Assembly (NCBI GenBank): GCA_951406725.2 | Contig: OX597821.1 | Span: 49,848,001-49,912,000, forward strand | Origin: Octopus vulgaris | Lineage: Eukaryota | DNA: 64,000 nt | Reading direction: 5' to 3' | In this document: one piece after another, positions 62,423 through 64,000 of the stretch | Numbering within the stretch: position 1 is the stretch's first letter | How the letters are laid out: every line of letters starts with the position of its first letter | Position numbers and translations under genes: made by a program | The notes under the pieces: generated by a model | The model's input: only the letters and a program-made list of their open reading frames with translations | The model's database searches: none | Told to the model about the DNA's origin: nothing

Positions 62423-63722
62423 TTAACCCTTTCGTTACTATATTTCTGACCAAAATAACCCCTAATGAGTTTCAATTAAATTCTAAAATAATCATGAATT
62501 TAGGCTTGTTTCATTAAATAACTGTAACTTTTTTACTTATCAACATTTTAATGTGATATTTGGAACATAATTAAAGGAAGGGTTCTTAATCAATTCTATT
62601 GCATAACTTTTGTCTCAAAGTGACTTTAATTACAGGTAAATCCAGGTAAATTGAGCAAAAGGTAAAAATATTAAAATTTTAAATTGAGCAAAAGGTAAAA
62701 AATTAAAATTTTGTTTAAACATCACTATAGAAAATGAATCATCAGCTAATATTCAAATGGGTATGCAACAAAATTTTGATAAAGAAGAATTGTGCACATC
62801 ACTAGATCATCAGTTGAATTTAATGCACAACAGGTGTACCATAAAGGTGGAATAAACTGAAATATTGGAATCCACCGTAAGTTTGACCGAACTAAAGAAA
62901 TCGGTCAAAAAATAATATACGGCCCTGGTTATGGAATGGAAGTGATAAATTCCAGACCACATCGTTCCCTAGGCCATGCTGACTAACATTATTTTCCCTG
63001 TATAAAAACTAAATCCACGCAGTACCCAGTATTTGCTTCACAAATTTCCCAAACTTTGAACCCCGATTTTGGGTTTGTTTACAATCTGCGTAAGTTTGTT
63101 TCCGAAGTGATCGCTTAAAACTAGCATACTGAAAAAAATAAAAGTCTAATGGTTTCACTTCCTAAGAAAGGCTATAGATAAACTTTATCTCCTCAGAAAA
63201 ATTGCTAATAAAAACATTTTAAAAGTTTTTTTACTTCATTCCGATGTAAAATCGTCTTCGCTGTCGCCTTCGCCGCTTTGTTTCTTCGAAAGGCGCTGCT
63301 TTCATTTTCGGATAAAAAAATATTCATTATTTTGTACACCACGTGCTTTAGTACCTATTTCATTCTTTTTCTCGATATCTCCCTATTTTCCGTTGACAAA
63401 GCTTTAAATTCGGAATCAATGCTTGATAACATGAAACTCCTATCCATTTTCAAAGTTGAAGAAAAATCGATGCCGAAAAACATGTGGAAAAAAATCTCCC
63501 AAAATTCACTGAGTTGAGATATCACTTCAAGCAATGTCGGATACTATAACTTAACTATTTACAATGTGAAATCACATGCCTTAACGAATGTACCAACGAG
63601 ATTTGGGTTCAAATTTACATTTAAATAACAATGGGTTCTAACGGCTGGGTATGGCCGGGTTGGTACTTTGAACCAAAAAATTTTTCGGCCAGCTACGGCC
63701 GGGTTAGTATCGAAAGGGTTAA
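62423..63722. mobile_element. Non-autonomous piggyBac-type element, ~1.3 kb
   Basis: TTAA TSD at 62423-62426 and 63719-63722; TIRs ccctttcgttacta / tagtatcgaaaggg (13 of 14 match); no transposase ORF. Confidence 0.8.
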
Positions 63723-64000
63723 TGTAGTTTTCAAAGCTGAATCTCAGGATATATTTCACTTTTTCCAGAAAAAGCTTTTAAAAACGTTATAGAGGTTTAA
63801 AGTGTGATCATTTTCACCCAGTCAGGAAACAGGATTTAGGAGCTGTCATTTTGTGCGTGACATGTTTTAATGTGAAACTAAATAAATCAACTTTTGCTTT
63901 ACACACAACATATAACCCCTCATAACTTTTTTTGATTTTTTTAGAATTTTCAGAAAATGTTTGTGAATTTGTATTCTACACTTGGGAATTCATACTATCA

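Noticed and set aside
63930-64000. Next PAK1IP1 exon after ttttttag/ttttcag
   Set aside because: The translation is not WD40-like and the sequence resembles the reverse complement of the repeat at 43741-43805.

Overview
Repeat-dense, AT-rich animal genomic DNA, most likely an octopus or related coleoid cephalopod. That assignment is inferred from the tRNA-head SINE families, RTE and Dong/R4 LINEs and extreme microsatellite density, not from a database search. Two host genes are supported. One is a single-coding-exon, signal-peptide + LRR + probable GPI-anchor protein (10282-11181, +). The other is the first eight coding exons of a PAK1IP1/Mak11-like WD40 ribosome-biogenesis gene (42486-60436, +; 282 codons in phase across GT-AG introns; 3' end outside the window), which the ORF track almost entirely misses. 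Everything else is transposon debris: Tx1, RTE, Dong/R4, Penelope-like, Gypsy, Chapaev3, mariner, Tc2-like, piggyBac-type MITEs, a Helitron, a solo LTR and many SINEs. Five signals are the most interesting. (i) Penelope-type hammerhead ribozymes with long stem-II inserts, one apparently intact (15495-15574, minus). (ii) An unnamed ~50-nt motif at three dispersed loci whose substitutions are compensatory and imply a doubly pseudoknotted RNA. (iii) Long fold-backs inside PAK1IP1 introns that are candidate ADAR substrates. (iv) A ~13-kb cluster of (TAA)n-targeted Dong/R4 insertions. (v) A non-coding ~590-bp element in that cluster sharing the same target. All alignments were done by eye; there is no prokaryotic or CRISPR system here.
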